The notes below the pieces were generated by a model. The model saw nothing but the letters and a program-made list of their open reading frames with translations. It had not been told where the DNA came from and did not search any database. Of a stretch of 64,000 bases of DNA, positions 63,868 through 64,000 are shown one piece after another. The DNA comes from Eledone cirrhosa (lineage: Eukaryota): contig CAXHJY010001404.1 in NCBI GenBank assembly GCA_964016885.1, positions 62,001-126,000 of the forward strand, written 5' to 3'. Positions within the stretch are counted from its first letter, which is position 1; each line of letters begins with the position of its first letter. A program made the position numbers and the translations under genes.

Positions 63868-64000
63868 CCCAACACCCATCCCTCCCACCCCCACACACCA
63901 CCATTGCTATTACGTGGACCAATCATAAAACAGAGCCCCCACGCATCACCAGTATTACTACGCGGACCAATCAGAAACCAGAGGCCTATACTATCGCTTG

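Overview
AT-rich, microsatellite-rich animal genomic DNA. The (AT)n, (AC)n and (ATC)n tracts, Meta- and Nin-domain SINEs and many RTE LINEs are most consistent with an octopus (coleoid cephalopod) genome; this is inference from repeat families. The one host-gene signal I can support is a 77-nt coding exon of a Tousled-like kinase gene on the + strand (20948-21024, MDNLQSLDPRKQELLEARFLGSR). A TE-depleted island upstream (about 10.75-14.3 kb) holds candidate first exons. The rest appears to be intron and flank filled with transposons: more than 10 RTE LINE fragments whose RT carries an inserted C4HC3 PHD-like finger, an internally deleted 4.5-kb Helitron with both termini, a 5'-truncated but barely decayed R4/Dong element sitting in a (TAA)n SINE tail, mariner, Gypsy and CRE relics, TTAA-type MITEs and head-to-tail SINE arrays. 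Unexplained structures include a 480-bp spacerless palindrome, two further foldbacks, a Penelope-type hammerhead ribozyme with a long stem II, and a 376-bp templated duplication with a 20-bp flanking direct repeat. Most short ORFs in the supplied track are simple-repeat or antisense artefacts. All assignments are by eye, and TE boundaries are approximate.
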